Positions 38,030 to 50,153 of a stretch of 64,000 nt of DNA are shown piece after piece. The notes beneath the pieces are model-generated. The model was not told the DNA's origin. It saw only the letters and a list, made by a program, of their open reading frames with translations, and ran no database searches. Where the stretch lies: NCBI GenBank assembly GCA_010015585.1, contig ML975163.1. One strand, 5' to 3'. Both the position numbers and the translations under genes were made by a program. Position 1 is the first letter of the stretch, and each line of letters starts with the position of its first letter. The DNA comes from Eremomyces bilateralis CBS 781.70. Lineage: Eukaryota.

Positions 38030-40093
38030 ATGGGGATCTTTCACGCCCGCCCGCCCCAGCGGGATCCGTTTCGAAGATGGGGCATCTGGAACCTCATCAG
38101 CATCGCCCTGATCGGTCTGTCGTTCTCCTCCACGGCCGATGCCGCCGAGATGAGCGCGGCGGATTACTTCGTGCGGTCGCTCCCCGGCGCCCCCGAAGGC
38201 GTGCCGCTGCTGAAGATGCACGCTGGGTAAGTCGTACAGTCCGCCATCCACTCTCTCCTGCACGCGAATCAATCTCAATCCGTCCGATGCTAATGCGGCA
38301 CAGCCATATCCCCGTCGACCCGGCCAATAACGGCCACCTCTTCTTCTGGCACTTCGCTAACCGCCACCTCGCCGACAAGCCGCGCACCGTCCTCTGGCTG
38401 AACGGCGGGCCGGGCTGCAGCTCGGAAGACGGAGCGCTGATGGAGATCGGGCCGTATCGGGTACGCGAAGGGGGCCAGCTGGAGCTCAACCCGGGGTCGT
38501 GGGACGAGTTCGCGAACGTGCTGTTCGTGGATCAGCCGGTGGGGACGGGGTTTAGCTACGTGGATACAAATAGCTACGTGCATGAATTGGGGGAGATGGC
38601 GGGACAGTTTGTGGTGTTTTTGGAGAATTACTATAAGTTGTTTCCGGAGGCGATGGGGGACGAGGTGGGTTTTCTTCCTATTGTTGATGCATCTTGTCGT
38701 GACGTCGTGGCTAATTCGATTACAGCTCTACATCGCAGGCGAATCGTACGCCGGCCAATATATCCCGTACATCGCGAAAGCCATTCTGGAACGCAACAAG
38801 AAGAACCTGGCTCACCCCATCAACCTCGAAGGCCTGATCATCGGCAACGGCTGGATCTCCCCGGCCGCCCAATACCCCTCGTACCTCCAATACGCCTACA
38901 AAGCCGGATTGATCGAAAGCGGATCGGCCCAAGACACCCAAGTGCAAGCCCAGCAATCTATCTGCATGAAGGCGCTCAAGGCCGGTGCGTCTAACCAGGT
39001 CGACACCAGCTCCTGCGAGCTGATCCTCCAGGAGATCCTCCGCGCCACCCAGGACCACACCGACACGCCCTGCGTCAACATGTACGACGTGCGCCTCCGC
39101 GACACCTACCCCTCCTGCGGCATGAACTGGCCCCCGGACCTCGATCACGTCACCCCGTACCTCCGCCGCGACGACGTCAAGCAAGCCCTCCACGTCGACG
39201 GCGCCAAGCGCACCGGCTGGACCGAATGCAACGGCGCGGTCGGCGGCGCCTTCACCGCGCGCAACTCCGTGCCGTCCGTCCACCTCCTCCCCGACCTCCT
39301 TGAGGAAGTCCCCATCGTGCTGTTCTCCGGCGACAAGGATCTCATCTGCAACCACATCGGCACCGAGGACCTCATCCACAGCCTGTCCTTCAACGGCGGC
39401 ACCGGATTCGAGATCTCCCCCGGCGTCTGGGCGCCGCGCCGCCAATGGACCTTCGAAGGCGAGCCCGCCGGCCTCTACCAGGAAGCCCGCAACCTCACCT
39501 ACGTCCTCTTCTACAACTCCAGCCACATGGTCCCCTTCGACTACCCGCGCCGCACGCGCGACATGCTCGACCGGTTCATAGGCGTCGACATCGCCAGCAT
39601 CGGCGGGCAGCCGGCGAAGAGCGTGCTAGACGGCGAGGACGCCGGACCGCAGACCAGCGTCGGCGGGCATCCGAACTCGACGACCGCGCAGCAGGAGCAG
39701 GTGCAGAAGCTGAAGGACGCGGAGTGGAAGGCGTATTATCGCAGCGGAGAGATCGCGTTGGTAGTGGTGGCGTTGGCGGCGGGTGGGTGGGGGTTTTTCG
39801 TGTGGCGGGCGCGACGGCGGGGAGAGCGGGGAGGAGAGGGGCAGCGGTATATGCCGGTATCAGGGACGGAGGGGAATGGGAATGTGGGGCGGGGGTTAGG
39901 AGGGTTGGAGGGGTTTAGGGCGAAGCGGGGGGAGAGGGATGTGGAGGCGGGGGATTTTGATGAGAATGAGTTGGAGGATTTGGGGAGTCGGAGTAGTGGG
40001 GAGAAGAGGAGTGGGGAGGGAACGAGGGAGGGGAGGTATAGTGAGGGTGGAGAGAGTGAGAGTGGGAGTGGTGGGAAACGGGAAGTTAGATAA
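38030..40093 (+). CDS. KEX1: Kex1 pheromone-processing serine carboxypeptidase
   Basis: Signal peptide, [25 protein letters not shown], and YYRSGE followed by a TM helix and a DFDENEL tail. Introns 38227-38303 and 38665-38725. Confidence 0.95.
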
Positions 40094-40423
40094 GGGAATT
40101 CGTTGCATGGGCCGGCGTTGGGGATATTGTTTTGATGCTCTTGTATGATATTGTTGCTTTTGGGACGTCCAAAACAATATCATTCATTTACTTGGACTTT
40201 TGAATCCATTGCCCGCCACCATTGGAACATTTGTCGATTTTGACCTTCATGTTAAAGCCATCTGGTCTATCCGATGGCGTTGAAGGTCTCTAGTATAATA
40301 CGTTCAGGGTTGCGCTTTTACGAAATGCTCGTCCTACAGGTCTCAACTCCGAATCCCCGTGCCGAAAGAGATGCCAATCCATCCGAGCCGAAGAAAATCC
40401 ATAACCACATCCTAACCCTCCAT

Positions 40424-42435
40424 CTAACTCGTCTGCAATGTCACCTGCCCCACTCCCTCCCTCACCTCCTCCACCGCATCCGTCGCATGCTCATGCCCTC
40501 CCTTCTCCGCCGCCTCCACCGACTCCCCCTTCCCATCCCCCTTCCCCACTGACTTCCCCTTCTTCTGCGCCTTCTTCCGCTCCTTCTCCGCCTTCTTCAC
40601 CCGCTTCTTCGCCTCCGCCTCCTCCCTTGCCTTCTTCTGCTCGTCTCCGCCGTACTGCTCCCGCCACTCCTTCGCCTTCTCCGTCTTAATCTGGGTGAAC
40701 AGGTATCCTGGGCTGCCGAGCTTGTGGCCCGCTTTGATCTGGAAGATGGCGGGGGACCAGTGGGTCGGGATGCCAAGGGGGGGGAGGTTGAGTTGCGTGT
40801 TGATGGACGCGGCGGTGCCAGGCATGTAGGGCTCGATGAGTGCGGCGAGGAGGTGCACGTGGTTGAGGGCGACGTTGACGACGGCGGCGCAGAGGGCGGG
40901 TTGGGACTCGGCGAGGGCGTTATTGAGGAGGTGGTCTTGCAGAAGTTTGTTCCCGAGCGCGGAGACGTGCATGGCGGTGGTCAAACCAGCTTTGAGCTTC
41001 ACCGCCTCCAGCTGGGCGACGTATTCTTGCAGCAATGCGTTGGTGGCGTCGATGTGCGGCTGGATGAGGCTGAAGGACGGGTCGAGCTCCCACGCGGGCA
41101 CGACGGAGTCGTAGACCTTGGAGGCGACGAATTTGATGATGCGGTTGACGAGGTTGCCGAGGTTCTTGAGCAGGTCGTTGTTGTTGCTATCGATGAAGGC
41201 CTCCCATTCGAACTCGCTGTCGCCGGACTCCGGGCGGTGGGAGAGGAGGTAGTAGCGCCAAACATCGGGCGGGATGCCGGTGTCCTTGGCGTTGTTGCCG
41301 AAGACGCCGATGTTGCGGGACTTGGAGAACTTGCCCTTCTCGTACTGCAGATATTCGGTCGTGGAGATGTGGTGTGGCATGGTCCAGACGTCGCCGGTGC
41401 CCAGTTGGGAGCCGGGGAAGATGACGGAGTGGAAGGGGACGTTGTCCTTGCCCATGAATTGGTAGAGCTGGACGCTCGGGTCGTGCCACCATTTCTTCCA
41501 CTGGGAGGTGTAGTTGGCGGTTATCGAGACGTAGCCGATGGTCGCATCGAACCAGACGTACAGCACCTTCTTGCCATATCCGTCGAGTGGTACTGGAGTT
41601 CCCCATCGCAGATCTCGAGTAATTCCTCGCGGTCTCAGTCCTTCCTTGAACCATGTTTCGGTAATGTTGATCCCGTTTGTCGACCACCCGCCGTCTTTGA
41701 ACGTTTTCCTTGCCCACTCTTCGATCTGCGGTTGCAGCTTGTCCAGCAAGATATATACATGCTTCGTGTCTTTCTTAATGGGAGACGCACCATCCAGTTT
41801 ACACCTCGGATTCTTCAGGTCAAATGGGTCGAGTAACCGCCCACATTTATCACACTGATCCCCCCTTGCGTCCGGATACGCGCAATTCGGACACTCCCCC
41901 TCGACATACCTATCCGCCAGGAAGGCATCGTGCTTCTCACAGTACGGCTGCGTCGTTGTCCGCTCTTCGAGGTACTCGTTCTTGAGCAGTTTCAGGAACA
42001 TTTCCTGCGCGATCTCTGTCTGCTGCGTGGTCGGAGTCCGTCCGAACTTGTCGAACCCGATCTGAAACCACTGATAGACATCGGCGTGGATCTTGTGATA
42101 TTTGTCGCAGAGCTCCTGCGGCGTCACGCCGTCTTCGATGGCTTTGGTTTCGGTGGCCGTCCCGTACTCGTCGGTGCCGCAGATGAAGAGCGTGGGGTAA
42201 CCCCGCGATTTGCAGTATCTAGAATTTGGTCAGTGGGACGTTCTGCAATGAGGTATGTAAATATCATGAGGGTGTATAATATATCATAGACCGACCTTGA
42301 GAACACATCTGCTGAGAGCACACTGCCAATGATATTCCCCAGATGCGGCACATTGTTCACGTATGGGAGGGCACTGGTGATGAGGATATTGCGCTTCCCC
42401 TCCTCGGGGAGGATCTCTTTGCCTGTAGTCGCCAT
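40424..42435 (-). CDS. MES1: Cytoplasmic methionyl-tRNA synthetase
   Basis: [19 protein letters not shown] (HIGH-like), zinc knuckle CPNC..CDKC, YVWFDA and KFSKS. Intron 42295-42219. Confidence 0.96.
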
Positions 42436-42545
42436 TTATATGGCAGTGACAGGAAAGGAAATGATTCAAGAGGAAACCAGAAAGCTGAAAGGGAATAGAA
42501 GGTGTTGTGTATTGGTTCGGGAGTTCTATATCTGATAGACTTAAC

Positions 42546-42552
42546 TGAGTCA
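42546..42552 (-). promoter_or_regulatory. Gcn4/CpcA-type element upstream of MES1
   Basis: TGAGTCA on the plus strand, about 110 nt upstream of the MES1 ATG. Confidence 0.6.
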
Positions 42553-42792
42553 AGTGCCCGCACTGCAAATTGATGGCATGGCTGACGATCCATGTTATTG
42601 CCTGAGGCATAAACAAGCATTCCAGGCATCCATATAGTTTGCACCGCCACATTTCTGGTCCAATCCGACAGGAACCATATGACGTCCATTCAAGTCCAGC
42701 ATTCGCGATTTCATTCGGTTATGTTTATCGCGACCGAACTACTCCTTACTCTCGCCCTAGTGAATCACATCCTCCATTCTCCGCAATGAGGC

Positions 42793-43629
42793 ATGCCGAC
42801 ACTCCAGGCCTGCCACCGGCCTCATCACGGCATCTCTCGCAGCCTCCGACTCTCCTCAATTGCTCGCACACGACCATTTCACACCACCACCCACTACTGC
42901 AATCATGACCTCCCCAACCACTACGCCGCGCTCGATCTCCCCCCCAATGCCACCACCAAAGATGTAAAGCGACAATTCTACGCCTTATCCAAACGATGCC
43001 ACCCCGACACCCATGCCTCCCGACCCGACGCCTCCAAAAAAGACGCCGAATCCCGCTTCCACCGCATCTCCGAAGCCTACCACATCCTCGCCCACGACTC
43101 CCGCCGCGCCAAATACGACCGCGACTACCACCGCATCCACGGCAATGGCGCGCCTCCCACCACTCCCCACGGCACCCATTCCTCACACCAGTCCCGCTCC
43201 CGCGGCCCCGCCGGCAGCCGCCCCGCCTCCGGCCTCAGCCCGCGACGCGGGGTATTCAAAGGCCCGCCGCCCAGCTTCTACCGGCAATACGGGCAAGAGC
43301 CGCCGCGGGAGGGTGACCCGGCAGCGGATGCGGACGCGCGGGGCACGACGGGGCGGTGGGGAGGGTTTTCGCCGGGGCAGGCGGATCCGGATTGGCGGCC
43401 GGATCCGTATATCCCGCATTGGGATCGGACGCGGCATTTGAGGACGCAGGAGAGGATTTTGGAGCGTGGGAGGGAGAGGAGGGCGGAGGAGCGGATGGAG
43501 TGGTTGGAGAGGTTGAAGCGGGAGAGGGGGGCGCCGGAGCCGCAGGGAGGGGCGGTGGCGCGGTTTGTCATCACGTCGGCGGTGATAGGGGTGTGTGTTT
43601 CTGGGACGGTGTTCTTTGCATCAAGATGA
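42793..43629 (+). CDS. J-domain (DnaJ) protein, probably mitochondrial, with a C-terminal TM segment
   Basis: NHYAALDL..DVKRQFYALSKRCHPD..FHRISEAYHIL, an Arg-rich presequence-like N-terminus and a hydrophobic C-terminus. Confidence 0.88.
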   Translation: MPTLQACHRPHHGISRSLRLSSIARTRPFHTTTHYCNHDLPNHYAALDLPPNATTKDVKRQFYALSKRCHPDTHASRPDASKKDAESRFHRISEAYHILAHDSRRAKYDRDYHRIHGNGAPPTTPHGTHSSHQSRSRGPAGSRPASGLSPRRGVFKGPPPSFYRQYGQEPPREGDPAADADARGTTGRWGGFSPGQADPDWRPDPYIPHWDRTRHLRTQERILERGRERRAEERMEWLERLKRERGAPEPQGGAVARFVITSAVIGVCVSGTVFFASR

Positions 43630-44990
43630 TGTGCTGAGAGGACAGGTCGACGAAGAGGGGCTAGGAAATGTTGGGATGGCTTGGCTCGGAAGATGAGGTG
43701 GCTATTCAAAGACAGTGTACGATATACGCGTACTAGGTGAAGCCTCCATGGACACCTATAGTTCCTTCAGCCTAGATCGATCCCTAGATAGATATTTCTA
43801 CATATAGTCCGCGTTCGGTCGTGAATTTTAGTTGGATCCTACTTTCCCAATTGCGTGCGAGCTCCTTAATGGACAGGCTATCTTAGGTTTGGGATCATGT
43901 AGTGTTGCTGTGGGCTCAGCCTCCTGAATGCACGCCCATCAATCGCCAATGGAAGTTCAAAATATCCAACCAACTTCAAAGGCATCAGATGAATGTTGAT
44001 GCTCTCGGGTGATTTTTATATCGGACCATCCATTAATTACTGTCTTGCATGTGATTGAGATTCCTCGAGCTCAGTCGCAACTTCCTCCACCAGTCCAGGT
44101 TTGGTGGACGGACCTCTTCCCCAACACCTGGCGCCTGCCAGTTCCGGCAGCACGACATAGAACATTACAACCACGCGTTTTGACTTCACTTCATCCAAAT
44201 CATCTTCGCGATGTATAAACCAATTCAACCCATTCCCATCAACTCTTCTCTTGTTCGATGACCCATCACCACAAGCTACCCAACAACCAGCTTAGCATGG
44301 CTTAAATCTAGCCCCCTCAACATCCCCTCAACACCCCTCCACGTTCTCAATCTATTGGTCCCTGTAACATCGACCTCCATCGCCAATCCACGAGTCTCCA
44401 CCTATCCTCCGATATTTCCCAATCCATCCTCAGGTATTCCGTGTTCCGTCCAGCAGATCCCAAACCCGGCTGTCTGATCTATGGGATGGATTGTTATATT
44501 AGGTAAAACACTAGGATTCTGCCGTGCAACGGGCCAACACTTGTACTGACCATCCGCTCCGTGGCTCTGGTGCTGGCAACTGTTCACACGTCCTCTCTAA
44601 AATTCTCCTGCGCCAGCCAGTCCATCGGCCAAGCCACCTTTCACTTACACAAAGTCTCTTCCCATTCGTCTTGAGCATACCGGTCAGGATTCTGATATCA
44701 AGCTGTTGCGTTGTTTGGCCTCTCTTTTCCCGCATCGTCGGTGTTACGCCTAAGACTTCCTCAACCAGGTCATTAGAACCTTCCAGCACGCCTTTGGGTC
44801 TCTTCCACCAATCTTCTTGGCTGTAACGAGCTGATGAACATTCACTATTCCTCCATCGCTCCGTGCACCCTATTACCTGCAGAAGGTCTCACATAGTTGG
44901 CTACGAAGAGTCTCGCCCACTTCACCCTGCGGGAGGTTTCACACATATGGTGGGATTGGCGCAGGCGTCTTAGAGTGCCAAGTTACCATC

Positions 44991-47900
44991 ATGTAAGTTC
45001 TCGATTTCTCGTTTCCAGCACTGTAGCATTTCGATGTGGTTGGCCCGGTTTCCGAACTGGGCTATATGCACGCTCCCGGAACATGGATTTCAATGTCAGC
45101 ACTCAGTGTAGCCCGACCCGATGATATTGACCGCAGTTCTCTGGCAGGAAGTTCGGCAAGCAAATACAGAGGCGACAGCTTGACATCCCGGAATATGCTG
45201 CAAGTTTTGTTGACTACAAAGCCCTCAAGAAGGTACCACAGTGCTTTTACTATTCAAATGTCTGATCCACTGCTGACGTTCCCAAGCTCATCAAGAAGTT
45301 AAGCTCGACCCCGGTGATTAGCGCTCGGGATGAAGGGATTCCTAGCCTAGATGGGTTTGATCCACCGGCCACCCTCCAAGCAAATAAAGACAAATTCTTC
45401 TTTCGGCTGGTACCGTATGCCCATCACTTTTTTGCTCTCCTATCTAACTGCTACTACAGGAGCGTGAGTTGGAGAAGGTCAATATCTTCTATCTCCAAAA
45501 GGAGGCTGAGGTCGGATATAGCACCTGCTACTAACAAAACCATGACTGACAACCGTGCAGCTGAAGATTCGTTTGACTTCCTTACTTGACCAGAAGCGTT
45601 CCCTGCAAGCACAAACTGCGCCGGTGTCAAGACTATCGTCAAGATACATTGCACTCGAGGAAGGATTCAAACAATACGTGAATGATCTGAATAAGTTGCA
45701 GGTCCGTACTGTCGTCTTTTGCTCTGGCCTGGACTGACTAGCGTAGCAATTTGTCGAGGTCAACCAAACCGCGTTTACAAAAATCCTCAAAAAGGTTGGT
45801 CACATCATCAAACATCGAGTTACTTATCTAACATTCAATTAGTGGGATAAGACCTCGAAGGTCAGGCTGCCATTGTCCAGTTCCCTTTTCGTCCATTGAC
45901 TTGAAACAGTCCCAACAAAAGGAGGTCTTCCTTGCACGCGCCGTGGAAGTTCAACCGTGCTTCAATCAAGATGTCATTGGTGATCTCTCGGACCAGGCGA
46001 CGACAAATCTGCAGGATTTCGCAGACTGGGCCGAAGGTGGCGAGATCCGACAGACGCCCAATGAAAGGCCCATCGAAATCGGCAAGCCCCTTGCAGAGGA
46101 CTTGGAAATCGAATCTCAGCTCCTTCAAGCCGCCATAGTCGGCGATACCACTGCACTCCGAGAATGGATCAATCGACTAGCGTCATCCCCTGACGCAAAT
46201 GAACGATTCACCAAGGCCTTCCTGAGCACATCGGAGGAGGCTCCCGAACAGTCGTTGCATATCCTCCTCGAGTCACAACTGGTTGACCTAACTCGCACTG
46301 ATGAGATAAATCAACGCAACATCCTCCATAAAGCAACCATCTCCGGTCGACGGCTGCTTCTTGACGTTGGCGTGGCTGGAAATGTCGACGCCAGAGCAGT
46401 GGACGTCTATGGGCGACTGCCCATTCACTATGCCTGCATTCACGGTTTCGTTGAGATGATTCCACTCCTAGTCGAACAAAGTCCCGAGACGATCAATGCG
46501 AAAGACCACGACAACTTCACACCGCTCATTCGCTCGATCGTCAGCAATAAGCTCGACTGTGTTCGGGTGCTTCTCGAGGTAGGAGCAAGCATTGACCCCT
46601 CTAGCGAGAAGGATCATGTGCCCCTCAATCTGGCTTGTCAACACGGCTCCGCCCCGATTGTTGCGTTGCTCCTAGAACGGAAACCAAAGATACTTCCTGA
46701 TGCGGAAGGCTTATACCCTCAGCATCTAGCCGCCCGATCCACAAAGACGCTGGACATTCTTCAGATGCTGAAAACCTACGGCGCCGATTTGGACCAACCC
46801 GATCACTTGTATCAGTGGACCCCGTTATTCCACGCGGCTAGCGAGGGGAATGTACAGTGCCTGAGGCTGCTCATCGAAGAGTGCAAAGTCAACTGCGATG
46901 CTAAAGATGAGAAAGGCTTGTCGGCTTTGTACTATGCCACGTGGGAAGGGCACATCGAATGCATCCGCCTTCTATCATGCCATATGCGACGAGCTTCAGC
47001 TTCGCATAGGACACATGGCTTGAAACCAAGAACACCCCTAGCTGTCCCCGTGGTGTCCTCGTCTCCTTTCCCATCGAGTCTCGATGCCGAATCCATACCT
47101 CCGATCACACTTCCTCCACCCATCATGCCGCTCCGACGCTACGGGCACAACTTCCTCGATTCCAAGACGTTTGTGGTTCTCAACTTCGGGGATCTCGGTT
47201 ACGAACCCATCCAGTTCTACGACGATAATAAGTACCCTGCAGCTCGGCTGACGATTTCTTCCAAATCCTCCGATCTGATTCCCCGAAACCTTTTGCTTCC
47301 GATTCAAGATGAATTCAAAACCATATCCTTCCAGATCGACAACGTCGATACTTTTTCGCTGGATTTCGACATCTACCCCACCTTCGGCGCTCGAGTCATT
47401 GCCCGTGCCGTCGCCTCTTCCCGAATCTTCACGAGTAAAACCTCATCCTCCGGCCGCTGGCATCTTGAGCTGCTCGATCTCCGCCTCCGCACCATCGGCC
47501 GCATCAGCTTCAACTTCCAAGTCGTTCGCCCATTCCCCGGCGTCCCTCTTGAGATCACGAATTTCGCAACGTACTGGAAAGCTACGACGAACGAACGAAA
47601 CCCCTCCGATGAAATCATTCCGCAGTCCTTCAGCCCATCGTCGGCCATGCAATCCCTTTCCTCCAACCTTTCCCTCGGTAGCCATCATCACACGCCTTCT
47701 ACACTCAAGATTACCGGGTCAAGCTTATCCGGCTCCTATGTCCGTCTTTTCGTCCAACTGACGGCCGACAATGTCCCCGTCCTGTATCCGCATTGGCGCG
47801 TCTCCCACTACGGCCTCGACGTCCCCATATCCAACCTCACCGCATCGCAATTCTCCGATATCGGCGCTTCCCAGCAGAACCGTGTTCCCTTTAGCCTAGA

Positions 47901-48875
47901 TTCTTTAAAACACGCAACCATCTCAGACACCCCCGCGCTCAGCTCTCAACTCGCGAAATCGTTTGCGACGCTCTCCGACGTGCTATCCGCAGTCCCGCTG
48001 GATATTAACGTGGAGCTTCACTGTGTTTTCCCGAGACGTGCGCAGGCGGAGCAACTCCGTCTTACTCCCAATAGGAATATCAATGAAGTGGCGGACGCGG
48101 TGTTACGAGCGTTGTTTGAGCATGCACGACGGAGCAGAGAGGGAGAGCATGATGGGACCGAGCACTCGGGACGGGGTGTGGTGTTCAGTAGTTCGAGTCC
48201 GGAGCTGTGCATCGCGTTGAATTGGAAGCAACCGAATTGTGAGTTGCTCCCACTATTACTAGCAGAATAACCTTGGACGGTTGATGTTCTAGATATTTGG
48301 CTAACATGGCGCTCAGATCCGGTCCTTCTATGCAGCGAACTCGATCCATCCGACACCATGCCACCCCCTCCGCTTCCACGATGGGTTTCATCCACTACCG
48401 AAACTGCGACTTCGCATGTGACGCTCAGTGTCAAGGAAGCGGTACAAGTGGCGCAGAGCAACAACTTCATGGGCCTGATATGCTCCTCCAGATTACTGGT
48501 ACGTATCCCTTTCTTCCCTCCTTCTCACCCCATAATTCTTCACCCGCACAATATCCAGGTCCGGTTGCATTTGTCTTCAGGACCAATCATTCCATCTCAC
48601 ATTGACCATAATACTAACGCATCAACTCACAGGCCCTCGCTCCAGCCCTCATCACCACCATCAAAAACGCTGGCCTCGTGCTCGTCGAGGATATCCCTTC
48701 GGAACCCTCTCCGCGCACCTCTCTGCATGGTGCTGAGAGCATGGACGTGGATTCCGATCGGACGAATAAGGTGTGGGAAAGGGGTTCGTGGGGACGAGGC
48801 TCGGGCAGTGCGGATATTGATGGCACGTTGACGGGGAATGCAGTGCTGAGGTTTGTGGAGGGTGTGGGGATGTGA
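44991..48875 (+). CDS. PHO81: SPX-ankyrin-GDPD-like phosphate regulator NUC-2/Pho81
   Basis: SPX start M|KFGKQIQRRQLDIPEYAASFVDYKALKK, ankyrin repeats, PPPIMPLRRYGHNFLD and LNWKQPN. Multiple introns; the start codon is split by intron 44993-45147. Confidence 0.93.
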
Positions 48876-49172
48876 AACCAAAAGGACGAATGAACCAGAC
48901 GAACCGCTGGTGGCAGGGGAAACTATGTCACGATCGCGCCGCTGTACATTTCACAAGAGGATCCCTAATGTGGATGTGATACTCACGCAGACATTTTAGT
49001 AGCATAGCGAATAGAATAGCATCACTTTAATATCCTTTATGGTATCGAGGTTTCTAGTGTGCGCTGAGAAAGACCCCAACAGTTCACCACCTCCAGCGCT
49101 TCCTCGAGTACAATCGACGTATAAAATAATTCATTTCCACATTCACCCACGCCCTCCCACTCCAGCACCCAA

Positions 49173-50153
49173 TCAAGCCCCCTTATACGGATACCTCAAC
49201 CGCCTCAAACCCTCCACATCCACCGGCCTCAACTGCCCCCTCACAAACAACGCCAAACAAAACACCACCGCCGGCAACCCCGCGCTCCAGAACTCCTCCG
49301 TCATGCTCCCCCCATCCGTCCCCCCTGTCGCCACCCATGTCACGTACAGCATCACCGCCGCGATCCCGCCCACGAACGGGACGATGCGCGCTAGCGAGTT
49401 TCGAGAGGCGGAGGTAGAGGTGGAGATGGGCGCTGTCTCGAAGAAAATGTCGAACCCGCTCGCCCGCAGCAGGGAGACCAGCCACGCGGGCAGATCGAGG
49501 TCATCCAGCGCGTTCCCCAATGCAGTGCTCGGGTGGAGGGGGCCGGAGGAGTGGGGGCCGGTCGCGAAGGCGTGGACCGCGGCGGCGCGGGCGGGGTGTT
49601 TGGGGGGGGTGGGGGAGGTGGCGGGAAGGAAGTAGAGGATGTAAGCGGAGGAGAGGAGGGAGAGGGTGGCGAGGAGGAGTTGGAGGTAGGGGAGGAGGGA
49701 GGTGCGGGGGTGGTGGTGGAGGGGGGTGAAGGGGGTGGGGAGGTAGTAGAGGGGGAGAGGGAGGAGAGGGAGGATGAGGAAGAGACGCTAGTTAGGGTTA
49801 GTTGGTTAGGGGGAGGGGAGGTGAGGGCGTACTGTGTAGAGGATCGAGCGGGCTGTGTCTTCGGCTGCGAGTTTATCGATGAGGGTTTCTTGCTCTAGAG
49901 AGGATTAGCACGGTTCAATCGCAATGTACACAATGCATCTTCTTATCCTTTGAAAGAGCGCCAAGGATGGTGACACCCCATACTGAGATACAGGGACAGA
50001 GCGTCGGCAAGCACCACTCCCAATGAATCTTCAGAAGAGGGAAATCCAGTGCCAAACAAGAACATACTTACCAACTTCATCCATCCCCTCCGGCGGATCC
50101 GTATCGTCCCCTTCCGGATAACGGAACGCCTTCCTTAACCGCGTCGTCGCCAT
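49173..50153 (-). CDS. Fungal hypothetical membrane protein (3 exons)
   Basis: MATTRLRKAFRYPEGDDTDPPEGMDEV|EQETLIDKL..., hydrophobic segments, ending LRRLRYPYKGA*. Canonical splice sites. Confidence 0.75.
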
